Of a stretch of 64,000 nucleotides of DNA, positions 43,551 through 57,341 are shown in pieces; position 1 is the stretch's first letter, and each line of letters starts with the position of its first letter. Source of the DNA: the human T2T-CHM13v2.0 reference genome, Homo sapiens; the NCBI RefSeq assembly GCF_009914755.1, contig NC_060930.1, one strand, 5' to 3'. Below the pieces are notes generated by a model. That model did no database searches. It worked only from the letters and a program-made list of their open reading frames with translations, and was not told the origin of the DNA. The translations under genes were made by a program, and so were the position numbers.

Positions 43551-45204
43551 TTGAGGGAGCAGGACATGAACTAGTCAGTTGCAAAACCAAAGTGTCATAA
43601 CTTCTAACGCAGCTCTCTTTCTTGTACAATGTATGGCCCCTCTTCAGCTTTTCAAGAGGTTGAAGATATGTTCTTGGTTGCTTCAAAGGGCAGAAGCAGA
43701 ACTAAAAGGTGTGTGATACCAATATTTAGTTCAATATAATGGCAGCTTAGCACTTAGAGACTCCACAGCAATTGAGTGGATTCCATAATTGGAAGCATTC
43801 AAATCAAAGTTGGATGATCAACAGTCAGGAATTTCTGGAAGCTTAAGGAGATCAAACCAGAAAACCTCTAAGAAATTTTCTTCCAAATCTGAGTTTTTAT
43901 AATCTGCTCTTCTGGACCAATGCAAAGTATCTTCCTTAGCCATTAACTCGTATCCTCACTAGCAATTCTATACTAAGAAATAGAAGAGGAAAGCAAGGAT
44001 TGGCTGAGGAATGCCAGGAGTGAGTTTTCTGTCCTTACCCTAGTTTCACGTCTCTTTGATACCGAGAAAAGTGCTACCCGCTGCTTCTTGCCTCTCATTC
44101 CTCCCACTGTTTCTTTTCCACTTTCACTGTCAGCCATAGTCCTTTCTGTCCTAAGAAGTGTATCAGGTGTGTCCCACCCACCATTGTGAGGTTTATGTGT
44201 GTGCTCCATAGCGGCTCATTCTTAGAACTTGAATAAGCCCTCCACTGGATTTCAATTCATATCAGAAGGTATTTGAGGGCTGCTACTCAGAGCTAGCATG
44301 TTTCTGGGCATTTAGAAGGCAGGGAGGAGGCGTGACAACTGTCACCCCAAAGAACTTACTGTTTGTCTGTAAGTTTTACCACCCCAGCCCACCTCAGTTA
44401 CAGTATTGATTGGCACTGAGGGGAACAAAAGGCACCTTCCTCATTCTTCAGACTTCATAGTTTTCAGAAATAACCTGTGGGTGACGTCCAAAATTCGCAC
44501 AAAATAAGCACAAAATTAACCATTACACAAATCACAGAATTTAGCCCATATTTAAGAGAAGCACTTTTCAGCTGCATGGTGATTTTTCCTTCATATATCT
44601 CAAATTATTTCCTTCAAAGTCACACTTAGTTGTCTGCTGCATAAACAGAAACCAATATGACACAATTTTAAAATTATATTTAATCGCTTTCATGGTGTGC
44701 TCTACTTGGTAAAGAAGGGGGGAAACAAGGTTAAGTAAAGGCCAGGATCCTTTTTCTGCAATGGATGACTGACATGGGAAAGAGATGAGTTACCCAGGCT
44801 TTGCTTTTTGCTACCTGCAGTATAAAACTCCCTGACATTGTCCCAAATTGCTTTTACAGGTATTTTATTTTCAACATCTAATTTGTTCGGCTTTTCTTCC
44901 CTTGCCATCTTTTTCTTCTTTTGCCATGTATAATGCATAACAACAATTTCTGAACTCCAAAAGCATAGAAACCTCAGAATAACATTACCTGGGAAAAATT
45001 AATCTCTCTACCTCCAGCTACCAAGAGAATCATTTGCACATGAAACCCTGAGATTTGCGTCTTTCATTAATCTAATGCAGTAGCAATTGTTATACCACAT
45101 CGTTCTATTGGAATTGATGACTAATCATTCCCAAAACTCTTTTGAAACTATTGTTCCCATAATTTTGTGTTTTGATTGAAAAATGTCATGACCCTATATC
45201 TCTT

Positions 45205-45646
45205 CATGTTATCTGTTGCATAGCTAACCCTCTCCCTCAGATTTAGTGGCTTAAAACAGCAACCATTTGTTTAGCCCACAATTCTGTTAGGCAGTTCTTC
45301 TGGTCTTAAGTGAACTGACTCATGCTCTGTGTTCAGCTGCTGTGTTGGCTGGTGCTGACTGGACTAAGGTGGTCTCAGTTAGAATTACTGCTCTTTGCTC
45401 ATGTGGTCTCTCATCCTCCAGCAGGCTGGGCTGGTTCACATGGTGGTGGTGGGTTCCCAAGAGCAGTACATTGATATCTGAAGGCCTCTTGAAGTTCAGG
45501 CTCAACCTATCACAGTATAATGTCCACTATGTCCTGTTGGTCAAAGCAAATGGCAAGGACAGCCCACATGCAAGAGACAGAGAAAGAGATTCCACCTCTT
45601 CATGTGAGAAGCTGCAAGTGTCGTGGCCAGTATTGCAATCTACCAT
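45205..45646 (-). mobile_element. MaLR LTR (MLT1G/H-like)
   Basis: ttagtggcttaaaacagcaaccattt...cccacaattctg...gcaatctacca. Confidence 0.7.
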
Positions 45647-45789
45647 CCCAGCCATTTAAAGCTTATTTGCTTTTAGTATTTTCAACATCCTGTTGGTTCT
45701 ATGAAGACAGTGTCAGTGTCTAATTGACTTTTTTATTTCTCCCTGTAGTATCCTTCACTCAAAGAGCCTAAGAAAGAAAAGGAAAATAG

Positions 45790-45990
45790 CATTGTTAGCA
45801 CCTCATGTATCGAGGCATTGGCTAGACATTTTCTATGAATTGGCTCATTTAATACACACATAGCCATTTTGCAGATAAGGAAATTGAGACTCAGAAAATG
45901 TAAATAACTTGCCCACATAATTCAGTCTAAATGCCAAAACTGGGGTTTGAAGTTGCACTTAGGTCTAAGTTCAAAGCTTTTTATGTTCTA
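45790..45990 (-). mobile_element. MIR fragment
   Basis: ccattttgcagataaggaaattgagactcaga...taacttgccca. Confidence 0.8.
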
Positions 45991-46349
45991 CCATGCATGC
46001 TGCTTAGCATGTTTTCTTTCATATAATTCATGCTGCTAATGAAACAGTATAAACCAGCTGTATGTTAACTGCTAGTGAAATGATTTATTGTCTTCTTTTT
46101 CAGTAAATATGGCAAGTCTGCTCAATTTATTCCCTTTATCATTGCATACACTACAAATATTCTCTCCCTATACCTTCACATGTCAATTAAGGTATGCAAC
46201 AGTAATTTCCATTTTTTTTAAACAATGCTTATGTTACCATCTCTAGACAAGTTAGTCCAGATGATTTTGGGGTTAACATGTTGGCATTTCCTGGCACTAT
46301 TACTGCTAGCTGAATAAGAGTTGAAAGTTGGGGAAAAATTTACCAGATC

Positions 46350-46703
46350 TGTATTAGTTTTTTCGCACACTGCTATAAAGAACTACCTGAGACTGGGTGA
46401 TTTATAAAGAAAAGTTTAATTGACTCACAGTTCCACAACCTGTACAGGAAGCACGCCTGGGATGCCTCAAGAAACTTACAGTCATGTCAGAAGAGCGAAA
46501 GGGAAGGAAGCGTGTCTTTACGTGGTAGCAGAAGAGAAAGAGACAGAGAGAATGAGAAAGTGAGAGTGAAGGGGGAAGTGCCACACTTTTAAACCATAAT
46601 CCACCCCCATGATCCATTCACCTCCCACCCAGTCCCTCCCCCAACATTGGGAATAACAACTCAACATGAGATTTGGGTGGGGATACAGAGCGAAACCATA
46701 TCA
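46350..46703 (-). mobile_element. MSTA/THE1-type solo LTR
   Basis: TG...CA ends, ends gagatttgggtggggatacagagcgaaaccatatca; perfect 5-bp TSD agatc. Confidence 0.92.
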
Positions 46704-46957
46704 AGATCTATTTAGAATTCTCCAGCAGATTTGATTAACAATATAGATTTGTGATTCTGCAATTTGTAGGGTCATTATAAAACATGGCTGCCTTGATTGC
46801 AATCAGATATCTCTGAATATGGTTCAAAGGAAACAGATCTCGTTCTTGTGGAGATAGGATTACATAACTCCCTCTCAGTCATTTTGCCATTGATTCAGAA
46901 TGTTTCTCCCTAAGATGAAGTACTGTTTTAGCTTAGAATGGTAACAGCAATTCATCA

Positions 46958-47266
46958 CCAGGCACAGTGGCTCACACCTGTGATCCCCACACTTTGGGAG
47001 GCCCAGGCCTGTGGATCACTTGAGCCCAGGAGTTAGAGACTAGCCTAGGCAACATGGCAAAACCCCATCTCTACAAAAAATGTAAAAATTAGCTGGGCAT
47101 GGTGGCACAGGCCTATAGCCCCAGCCACTTGGGAGGCTGAGAAATGGGAGGATCTTTTGAGCCCAGGAGGTTGAGGCTGCAGTGAGCCATGATCGCATCA
47201 CTGCACTCCATCCTGGGCAACAGAACAAGTCCCTGTCTCAAAAAAAAAAAAAAAAAAAAAAAAAAA
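46958..47266 (+). mobile_element. AluJ-like with long pure A tail
   Basis: Diverged dimer; flanking agcaattcat direct repeat. Confidence 0.92.
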
Positions 47267-47654
47267 GCAATTCATTGATCTCATCTAGTTTGACTAGTTC
47301 AATTATACATGTGAGAAGGCTATCTGAGATGATGTCAGGTGTGGAGCAGTGACTATCCCAGTGATCTGAATGTGATTGACCACTTGGCTTCACCAGGATT
47401 ATCTCACTGTTTGGTTCTAATAAAGGCAGTCATTCTAGTCTATGAGTTTACCTCCCTTTTGCTACAAACACTTCAGTGATATACTATTGAAACTATAAAA
47501 ATCCATAAAAATTGGTTTTTGTATGTGAGTTTTAAAAAATTGTTTTCACCAGGCTGTGAGTTTTATGTCTTTGTTTTCTATTGGGATACTAATAGTGCTA
47601 TGACTATAGTATGTTCTCAAGGAAATTCTTATGAAAATTGAATTAATCCGACAC

Positions 47655-47885
47655 AGTGCATGGTTTTGGAGTAAAACAGAACTTGTTTTAAATCCTAGTT
47701 CCCCCACTAGGTTGGGTGAGATGAGACAAACGACTTAACCTCACTGCCACTTTAATTTGTTCTCTCTCTCTCTTTAGGGTGGTAGAAATGATACCTACCT
47801 AATAGGGTTACGTGAGTAATAATAAGATATAATGTGTGTAAAATTCTTGTACAATGCCCAGCACAGAATAGGTGCTCAATATATT
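47655..47885 (+). mobile_element. MIR
   Basis: tttaaatcctagttcc...acttaacctc...ataggtgctcaata. Confidence 0.75.
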
Positions 47886-50128
47886 AAATATATTGTTATT
47901 ATTTATTAATTAATTAATGCTGATTTCTGCATTAATTTTGACTAATTGAAATCCTGGACTTGCTTAATTTGCATGTATTTGTCTTCCCTTCTTCCAGTAC
48001 TTGATGGCAATTTCTACCTGTGGTAAATGGAACGTTAAAAGTTATATGCTTATACAAACTTTAGTCCTTTATTCCTTGGAGTGAGTTTTAAGAGTCCTCA
48101 TGTTGAATAATTCATGTAATCACAGAAATAATACTATGTATCAGGGACCGCTTCCTTTATTAAAGATAAAGGCAGTGGAAATACTGCCTTTGTCAGAAAT
48201 ACTTCAGTTACTCTGAGAGAGAGAGACATTTGTTTACTATATGACAGCACAGTGCATGGCAAATAATAGAAGTTTGGAAAATATTTATTTTGAATGAATG
48301 AATAATGAACACATTGTGAACAAATAAATGGTTTACTATTTAATTATTCAGGAATCAATTAAGCTTTATTAATAAAAATTGTTTGGGGGTTTTAAAAAGC
48401 CCACACACAAATGAGAGGCATCACAGAGGCAAACGGTATGACATTATTAAAATCGTTATTGCTGAATCACAGTTCAGCAATAAGCAAGTGTTTGAGGCAT
48501 TCAAATAAGTGAGTATTTGAGTGACTCTAAGAAGATAATGAAACTCCTCCACTGTTTTACAGTTGCAATAATTTTTAAGGAACATATAAAAACATATTCT
48601 AGTGTTTCCATTTGAATAAAGATAGTATATATAACATATGCAATTAAAAAGAAGAAAGAAAACAAATTTTAATGTGTTTTTCTTTTCACCTTATGGGCAG
48701 TTACTAGATGTATGATCAGCAATTTTAGCAGTAGAGACCTTATTAATTGTTTTTGAAAACTCTCTAGTGCTTCACACCGTCACTCAAAACAGAGAAATTC
48801 CTTTTAATTAAATGTCAGGAAGTATTCCAAGAAATTTTGCCAGCATTTCTGCTAGCCAGTAAGTAAGGTTAATTGACAATCTTTAAGAGAGAATCTTAGA
48901 GACATTCATATCATAATTAATGTAATTTAAGATGCTGAGGATGCATGAATTACCTACTCAGTGTAAATGGGGTCTTTGATTGTGAAGAGAAATACTCAAG
49001 TGCAGTGGTATCTTACAGAATAGATTCCCTCATTAGTGTGAATTAGTGTTTCTGAATGTTGCTAATTAGCAAGCCTGGGAACAAACACAATGAAAAATCA
49101 AGTTTACCAAATCACAAAAAAAGTACTGGTTAGCATATTTGGTAAACATGGGTCGATAATTATTTTGATTGAATCTCCCAGCAACCTAGTTTATTGTGGT
49201 TGCAGGCCCTGTGCACAGTATGTTTTACCTGCCATAGGTATAATCAACCATATACTAAAAGTTTGTAATGACTGTTGAGATCAAAAAGTATTTCAGAAAG
49301 TCACTGAGAATATAGTTTTCTGAGATAAGGAGATGATGTTCTATTTCTGATGTGACTGTAAAAAGGCATAGAACTTAAGTGAGAAAACAACAACAGTGCC
49401 TCTCATTTTCCCAGAATTTATTTCAACTGGCTGTTGAGCCTGCCCTTGCTCTCTTAGGACTCATGTTACGTAGAAATGCAGACTGTGTGCAGTTCTGGTC
49501 ACCTCCTAGGGAAGCACTGAGAAGGGAGCAAGTAATAAACCTCAGGAAAAATAGTTTTTTGTTTTTTGTGTCAAAGAGCAGTGGGTGATGGTTTTAAACA
49601 TCTGAGATAGAACTGGTGATAAAGAAAAGTTAGGAAAGAAGACATACTGAAAAGTAAAATTGAGGGATGTGAACCAGGTAGAAAATACTGTATCTACCAT
49701 GCTTTTCAAGCTATGGTAGAGTGTCATGAAATCAAATGAATGGGTTATGATCAGCATTCTTTTAGTGAAATGAAACAAGATGGGATGAGAAGTTATGGAA
49801 TGAGATGGGCATATCTGTTGTAAAATGGGATAGGATAGGACAGAATAGGAAATACATATTATAGAATGCATCACAAGTAATAAGAGCCAGTGTCATTTCT
49901 TGAGCCTTTTAGGTTTTACTCAAAGATTTTTGGTTTTACCAAAGTGGTATATGTATACCTGGTTTTAAAGGTCAAGTAATAAAGATTAACACAAAATGAA
50001 TCACAGATTTAAATATAAAGCATAAAGCTTTTAGAAAAAAAGTAAGAGAAGATCTTTGGGATCCAGAACTCAGCAGAATGTTCTTAGGCTTGACAACAAA
50101 GGCACTACCCATAAAAAGAAAACTGATA

Positions 50129-50420
50129 GGCTGGGTGTGGTGGCTCACGCCTGTAATCCCAGCACTTTGGGATGCTGAGGCAGGCAAATCACGAGGTCAG
50201 GAGTTCAAGACCAGCCTGGCCAACATGGTGAAACCCTGTCTCTACTAAAAATACAAAAAATTAGCTGGGCGATGTGGCAGTTGCCTGTAATCCCCGCTAC
50301 TCAGGAGGCTGAGGCGGAAGAATCGTTTGAACCTGGCAGGCGGAGGCTGCAGTGAGCCGAGATTGGGCCGCTGTACTCCAGCATGGGCGACAGTGGGAGA
50401 CTCCGAAAAAAAAAAAAAAA
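50129..50420 (+). mobile_element. AluSg-like with (GA)n(GGAA)5 tail extension to ~50468
   Basis: Full dimer; flanking ctgatag repeat. Confidence 0.93.
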
Positions 50421-51160
50421 GAGAGAGAGAGAGAGAGAGGGAGGGAGGAAGGAAGGAAGGAAGGAAGGCAAGCTGATAGAATGGATCTCATTGAATTAAA
50501 AACCTTTGCTCTGCAAATGAGACTAAGGGGATGAAAAAACAAGCTGCAAACTGAGAGAAAATATGTACAAATGACATATCTGATTAGAATATATAAAGAA
50601 CCCTCAAAACACCACAGGGGAAAAAAAAAAAAACACCAGTTGAATAAGAAAATAGGCAGAAAACGTGAAGAACATTTCACCAAAGAGCATATAAACATGG
50701 CAAACAAGTGCAAGAAAAGATGTTTAATATCATTAGCCCCATGGGGAAAGTCCAGTTAAAACTACAGGAGATATCACTACACACCTGCCAGAATGGCTGA
50801 AACAAAAAAAACTAGGGATGACACAAAATGCTGGGGGAGATGCAAAGAAGCCGGATCACTTACACATTGCTGGTGGGAAAACAGTTTAGTAGTTTCTTAA
50901 AACTATTCAGTTAGTTACTATCTGACCAAGTAATTTTATTCTCGGGTATTTAGCCCAGAGAAATTGTTATGTTCCCATAAATCCTATATATGCATGGTCG
51001 TAGTAGCTTTCTTTGTAATGACCCAAAACTGGAAACAACCCAGAGTAATATTAATATATATAATATATATTTTATTATATATTACATATATTATTATATT
51101 ACATATAATATATTAATATATTGCATATATTATATATGTACTATATATATTTAAAATACA

Positions 51161-51287
51161 GCTGAATAATATTCCGTAGCATGTATGTGCCACAATTTGT
51201 TTAACCTTTTGTCTATTGAAAAGTTTAACCAATAGGCAAAAGGTTAAACATATCGTGGCACATACATGCTATGGAATACTACTCAGC
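51161..51287. repeat. Inverted repeat: 58-bp arms, 11-nt spacer
   Basis: Arms 51161-51218 and 51230-51287 are reverse complements at 52 of 58 positions. Confidence 0.95.
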
Positions 51288-51433
51288 AGTAAAGATGAGT
51301 GAAGTATTGATACACACAACAATGCAGCTGAATCTTGTGAGAATTATGTTAAGTGAAAATATACCAATCCCAAAAGATCACATATCATTAATTATTAAGT
51401 ATTACTGTATACATTAATGTAGTGTGGGAAGTG

Positions 51434-51466
<33 letters not shown>

Positions 51467-51829
51467 ATATCCATTTATGTAACATTCTTGAAATTATAGA
51501 AATGCATATCATATTAGTGGTTGCCAGTAATCATGGTGGGAGCTGGGAGGGAGGAGGTGTGGCTCTAAAAGGACAACATGAGGACTCCTTGTGGTGACGG
51601 AAATGTCTATATCTTGACTGGATCAGTGTTAATATTCTGGCAGTGATATTGCACTATACTTTTGCAAGATGTTACCATTGTAGGAAACTGAATAGAGGGT
51701 ACACAGAATCTCTGTATTATGTCTTACAAATTACATGTGAATCTACAATTACCTCAAAATTGAAAGTTCAATTTAAAATAATAAAAGTCAAATGATATAA
51801 GCCCTTTGTTACAGAATATAATGATTTTC

Positions 51830-54030
51830 TTCCTCAACTCTCCCACTCTATCCCTAGACCACCTTTCCAGGAGCAGCCATTTTCTATTTATTTTAGTTAT
51901 TCCTCTTGATATTTACATATCTCCATATTTTTCCAATAATATGAGTGTACTGCTAACTTCTGATTAATTCATTTTGAATACTGTTTACTTTCTATTCTGG
52001 TAAATGAAGATTTCACTCTTTTTTCACTCTTCCTTCTGCAGACCCTCCCAACCTTTCAATGTAAGTCACTATAGTTTTTTGAGAAGTCAAAATTCAGCAT
52101 CTACATTATGTATACATATTACACTGCACTATGGTTGTTTCTTACCTTTTGCTTTTCCTGTAGTAAATAAATACCTTGTTCATTGTTGCTGTTTTCATAA
52201 TTCTTCCCACATCTTCAATAATCTCTCAGTAATATTTTCCACAAGGTAAATTGCGTCAGGTAACCAATCAGTCCCATTGTGACTTTTCTTTGAGAACACA
52301 TTCTGGAAACCTCCATTCTCCTTTTACCTGAGCTGGCTGCTCTCTAAGCCTACTGCACAGCCATTATCTTTTGAATTCCCTTTTATTTTCTTCTAGATTG
52401 GATTCTCAGCTTTCAGGATCTCGTGTTTTTGTCTTTCTTGATTCACTCCATTATTTCAGACAGTAAAAATCCAATTTTTTTTACATAAAAAGATGACATG
52501 ATGACAGAAGGCATGATGATGACAGCTGTCAATGTGTCTGTCCCTCAATTCACACTAGTCCTATCCGGACCAATTTCCCTCTCCACCTGACACACTGCTT
52601 TCACACGGGAATTTTCCTTCCCTGTCACCCTGCTGACTCCTGTTGCGTCTCTCTGTGTCACCCTGTTCTGTGGCTGTGTCTCCCACTCTCTTCGTTTACT
52701 TTGCCATTTTGATGAAGTACATCCTATCATACATTCCTGAGAAGAGTGTCTGGAAGGCAAAATTTTTAAGAGCTTGTATGTCTGGAAATAGTTCGTATCC
52801 ATTCTAGAATATCTTATTGGGTTTTTTTTTTCTCCCTTCATTTTCTCTGAAAGAAGAGAGAAAATATGAAGATATTTCTCATAATAAAGATATGAAAATC
52901 TGTTATTTGAAAGTTGGACTTGCATACTGGCCCCGATTTTTTTATCCTTCCTCTTTCATTTTCTACCTCTTTGTCTTTTTGTCCTACTTTCTAGGAGTTT
53001 TAGCTAATATTATCATCCAAACCTCTTACTAAGATTTTCATTTCTGCTATCATTTCTAAGGTCCTTTGTTTTTGTTGTTTTTGACTAAGGGTTCTTTTAT
53101 TTTAGTATCCTATTTTTGTTGCATGGATAGAGTATTTTGCCTTATATCTGTGAAGATATTAATGACAATGTTTTGAAATTTTCATTTCCTTAGTTTCTGT
53201 TACCTTCTAGTTGCTTTTGAGCTCCATTTTTGTACTGGAAGATTTCCTTAGATACATAGTAAATTGAATGTTTTCTCATAATAAAATGTTGGAGACTAGA
53301 AGGGTGACTGGAGTTTCTGAGTGTATTAGAGCTGATTAACTTTGATCTTCACCATAGGTTGACCTGAGTCAACCACTTTTGGGGGAATTCCTGGCAACAG
53401 TATCTTTAGCTCTTTTTTCTTGCACTGATCAGATTCCCCAGAGAGTAGCTACTCAAACTCCTAGAGGGAAAAGGTCTTACTACCATTATTACGATAACGA
53501 GCAGGTTGTGGTGGATCCTCAACATTCAATCTGTGTATGATCACTTAATACCCCAGCTTTTGGTTTAATACCTGTCCTTTGACTGTGTTGGATGTATCTT
53601 TGGATGAAGGGGTGAACTCTCATCTAAAGATTTCTATCTTCTGCTGGAATAGGAGAGGACCATATGCCCAGGAGTCTGGGAGAGATTGCACGCAACCTTC
53701 CTTATCTTAGTTATCCCCTCTTTATGCTTGGATCAAGAAGTACCTAATGTTGCCAATTCCTGAGCCTTTTGAGTTTTCCAAAGTGTAAATCTTGTTGTTC
53801 TTAGCTTTTCTCAGTGTTGGCATAGGGTTTTCTCTCTGGTGTCAGCTAGTCAGTTACCTAACTTGTCCATCTGCTTTCCCACTTCCAAAATTATGTTGTT
53901 GTCATCTCCTTTCCTTTTCTCTTCTTTTATGGGTTTATGTCTTTTTTTAAAGTATTTCATCACTATAGTTTTAGTGGGTTTTTCAAAATGAGCAAGATTA
54001 GCTGTATATGTTCAATCTACCATCTTAACC
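51830..54030 (-). mobile_element. Ancient L1M 5'/ORF1 fragments
   Basis: T-rich, L1-like (tccattctagaatat reversed piece, ctctgaaag..., ccatcttaacccagaa end). Confidence 0.5.
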
Positions 54031-56953
54031 CAGAAAGGAACTTCTGTCTTAATTATATGTGTATGTGTGCATCTTTGTATGTGTGTGTGCTGAATCACAG
54101 CATAAACTATAATCCTTATTGTGGATGAAAGCCAAAAAAGTCAGTTAGTCCAGGCCAACAAAAAGTAATCAAGTTCAGTCAAAGGCTAGTCATATTTTCT
54201 CTTTGCTATGAAAGCCTCCCATAGAGCTGAGAGAGTTTTGAAGACATATGAGGACATTTTTTCAGAATGTGGTATTCATAGGAAGCTCTAAGTCTATCTC
54301 TTTAGAAAAAAAAAAGGTAAGCTACACTTCCTCTAATACTGCATTTGAATGTGTCCTTCATTTCTGTTTTGAGTACTAAGATTATTTATTCTAGGTCCCA
54401 AATTTTTATGTCAAGAATGTCATAATACTAAATAAGTAAAATAAAAAATAATAAAAATAACAAGTAATCCCAGTGCTAAGTTATGCAATTTGTATCAATC
54501 TGTAATCTTCAATTCCACTAAAAAAAAAAAAAAGTTTGCTCTCCAAATTGCATCTACTTTGGCAAAAATGCATGGAAAATGCAATTACCTGTTCAAAATA
54601 TTAAAATTAGCTCTTTAACTAGAATATTGCTTTAAAAGCTCAAAAGGATATTTAACTTTGAAACCAATATGTGCTGCAGATATGGATACCTAGAGGCTTT
54701 TTTTTCAATAAAAACTAATTTTCAGAATTTTTTTCAAATATTGTATCATTTCTACAGCCTAGAAAAAATGTAGTGAGAGTGTGTTCACAGATGCATCAAA
54801 ATTGTTATTATAGCATTATCTTTTATTTCTATGGGAACTCAGTGAGATGATTTTTCTAACTCTTAATTTTAAAAAACTCACTTGTAAGCTATTACTCCAA
54901 ATCTCCTAAGATTCAGAATTGAGTAAACAATGGTCACATGATTGAGATTTTACAATTTGTTGCTACAGTACCAGCAATATAAAGTATTGGGATAAATGTC
55001 AGTTTGGAAAAGGTGATAGGTGTGAAATATCCAAAAGTGACATGTGAAGTAATGCTATCTTGCTGTAAAGTATTTAGATTTCCATTAGTGTTACATTGTT
55101 CCTGAAGAGAAAAACTAAGTCTGGATTGCCTTCTTTTTTATATTAATATGGATGATACAGTGAGAGAGAGAGAGAGATCCCTCTTCCTTTTGTACCAATG
55201 TGAACATTCTTCTATTATTTACTAATTATAAATATATAGATCCAAGAATTTAAAGTGGGCTTACAGATTGCATTTCCACCTAAAAATAAACACGCAGCAT
55301 ACTATATTTATTCAACAAATATTTCCCAAGTTCTACTATAAAAGTTACTCATTCTTTTACTTTAAACTTCTTTTGCCTCTTAAATATTTTCGTGGGCTAA
55401 TAGGGGAAGATTCTATTTAAAATGTTTATAAAAAGTAAACATTATGTGGAAATTTTGGGTTTTTTTCACAGTAGGATTTTGAAGTATACCTAGTCACGAA
55501 TGATCACAAAAACAAAACAAAAAAATTAACCATAGTACAACAGAAAATAATAAGGCCAAAATCCCATGAATGACAAGGCACGGTCCTGCCCTCATGGAGC
55601 TCACTGTCTAACAAGGAAAGGGGCTTGTAAACAATGAAATATAATACAGTGTAATAACTGAGAAGACATAGGCATACATAGTAAAGGAAGGACTGCATCA
55701 GTCTTCCTTCAGAGGTGGTAGACTCTTGAAAGGCTTGTCATTCCAGAGCTAAGCCTGAGGCTCTAAACTCCATCACGCCACCCTGCACACTTCATCCTCT
55801 GTGCTTAGGACCTCTCAAAATAAAAGAAATTGCTAGACTACAAAATAAAGTTATGGTTTTCAAAGTGCCACAAAAGTTACATGTAGGCTGAAATTAAAAT
55901 GGTGTGTTCTAATTATTCTGATGTTCTCCACATTGTGAGTGTCCCTTGCTATTGTTAGTGCCCCATGCATATTATAATCTGCCCACCACAAATTCAGCAC
56001 CTAGAAATTACCAGCCAAACAAATAAGAAAAGCAACGAGGATGGATGAGGGTGTGTAGACGATACCCCTTGGGAGAATGTCCAATGATGATGACGCTTGA
56101 ACAGCACCTAGGAAAGCAGTTGGAATTTGGTGTGGCTGGAGAATGGGATGGAAAGGCCATTATAAGATGAGGCTGAATGGGAGCTTCTGGGCCATCAGAA
56201 CCAACTTCCTTCCCAAGGCAACCAGAGATGTTTAAGTTTCCATCTATGCTGAGAAATCGACTTTGACATTAAACATCAATTGATGTACAGGAAGAGATTG
56301 GAAGGGAATATACCAAAACTTGATAGGATTTGTCTTAGAGTGTTAAAACCACAGGTGAATTTTTTTTCTTTCTTTGTGATTTAATTTAAAATTCAAATTT
56401 TCAAGGTTTCTACAATGCACATGTATTACTATTATAATGAGAGAAAAGCAAAGTGAAAATAAAAACTATTTGAAAGGAAAAACATCTAGAGTAAAAAATA
56501 CATTATCCAGAGTATTTTTCTGGGTTCCTTATTCATGCCTTGAGGACCTAGTTTGTCTCTTGGTTACTTAGCAGCATCTAACATGGAACAGGAAGAAAAG
56601 TCCCTAGCCAAGGACTTAGTGAAATGAAATTGTGCTACTGCATCAGGGCCCAAGCGGTTACTCTAAACTCTAGTTGGATTAAAGGAATTGTCTTTGGACT
56701 AGCACATGTCTAAAATGGTAACTCTAAATCTAGGATGATATTTAAGGTTTTGAGAAATGATAGCAGAGGGTGGCAGGGGGTGAGTAATTTAAATACAACC
56801 AGCAGCAGAAAGAAGGAACCCTTGGAAAGTAAATTATAATTCATTACGGGATGTAATAAATTAGTTATCACCACCATTAATAGTAGCCATTTTAATATGT
56901 GTTCCCCATAGCATAATGAAATAGAATCATCACATACTTTATTTAAATTCCTA

Positions 56954-57274
<321 letters not shown>

Positions 57275-57341
57275 ATGAATTATGAACTTCTAGCCCTCAC
57301 ACTTTCACTGTAAGTAACATATCACAATAATGGTTGCCTTT

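Larger units (their letters stand above)
49985..51785 (+). mobile_element. L1MC/MD 3' portion, interrupted by an Alu, an AT-rich insert and an inverted duplication
   Basis: gaacatttcaccaaagag..atggcaaacaag, ggtgacggaaatgtctatatcttgact...tgtgaatctacaattacctcaaaat. Confidence 0.8.

Noticed and set aside
50421-50468. (GA)n(GGAA)5 polypurine tract as an EWS-FLI1 or triplex element
   Set aside because: Short Alu-tail derivative; common in the genome
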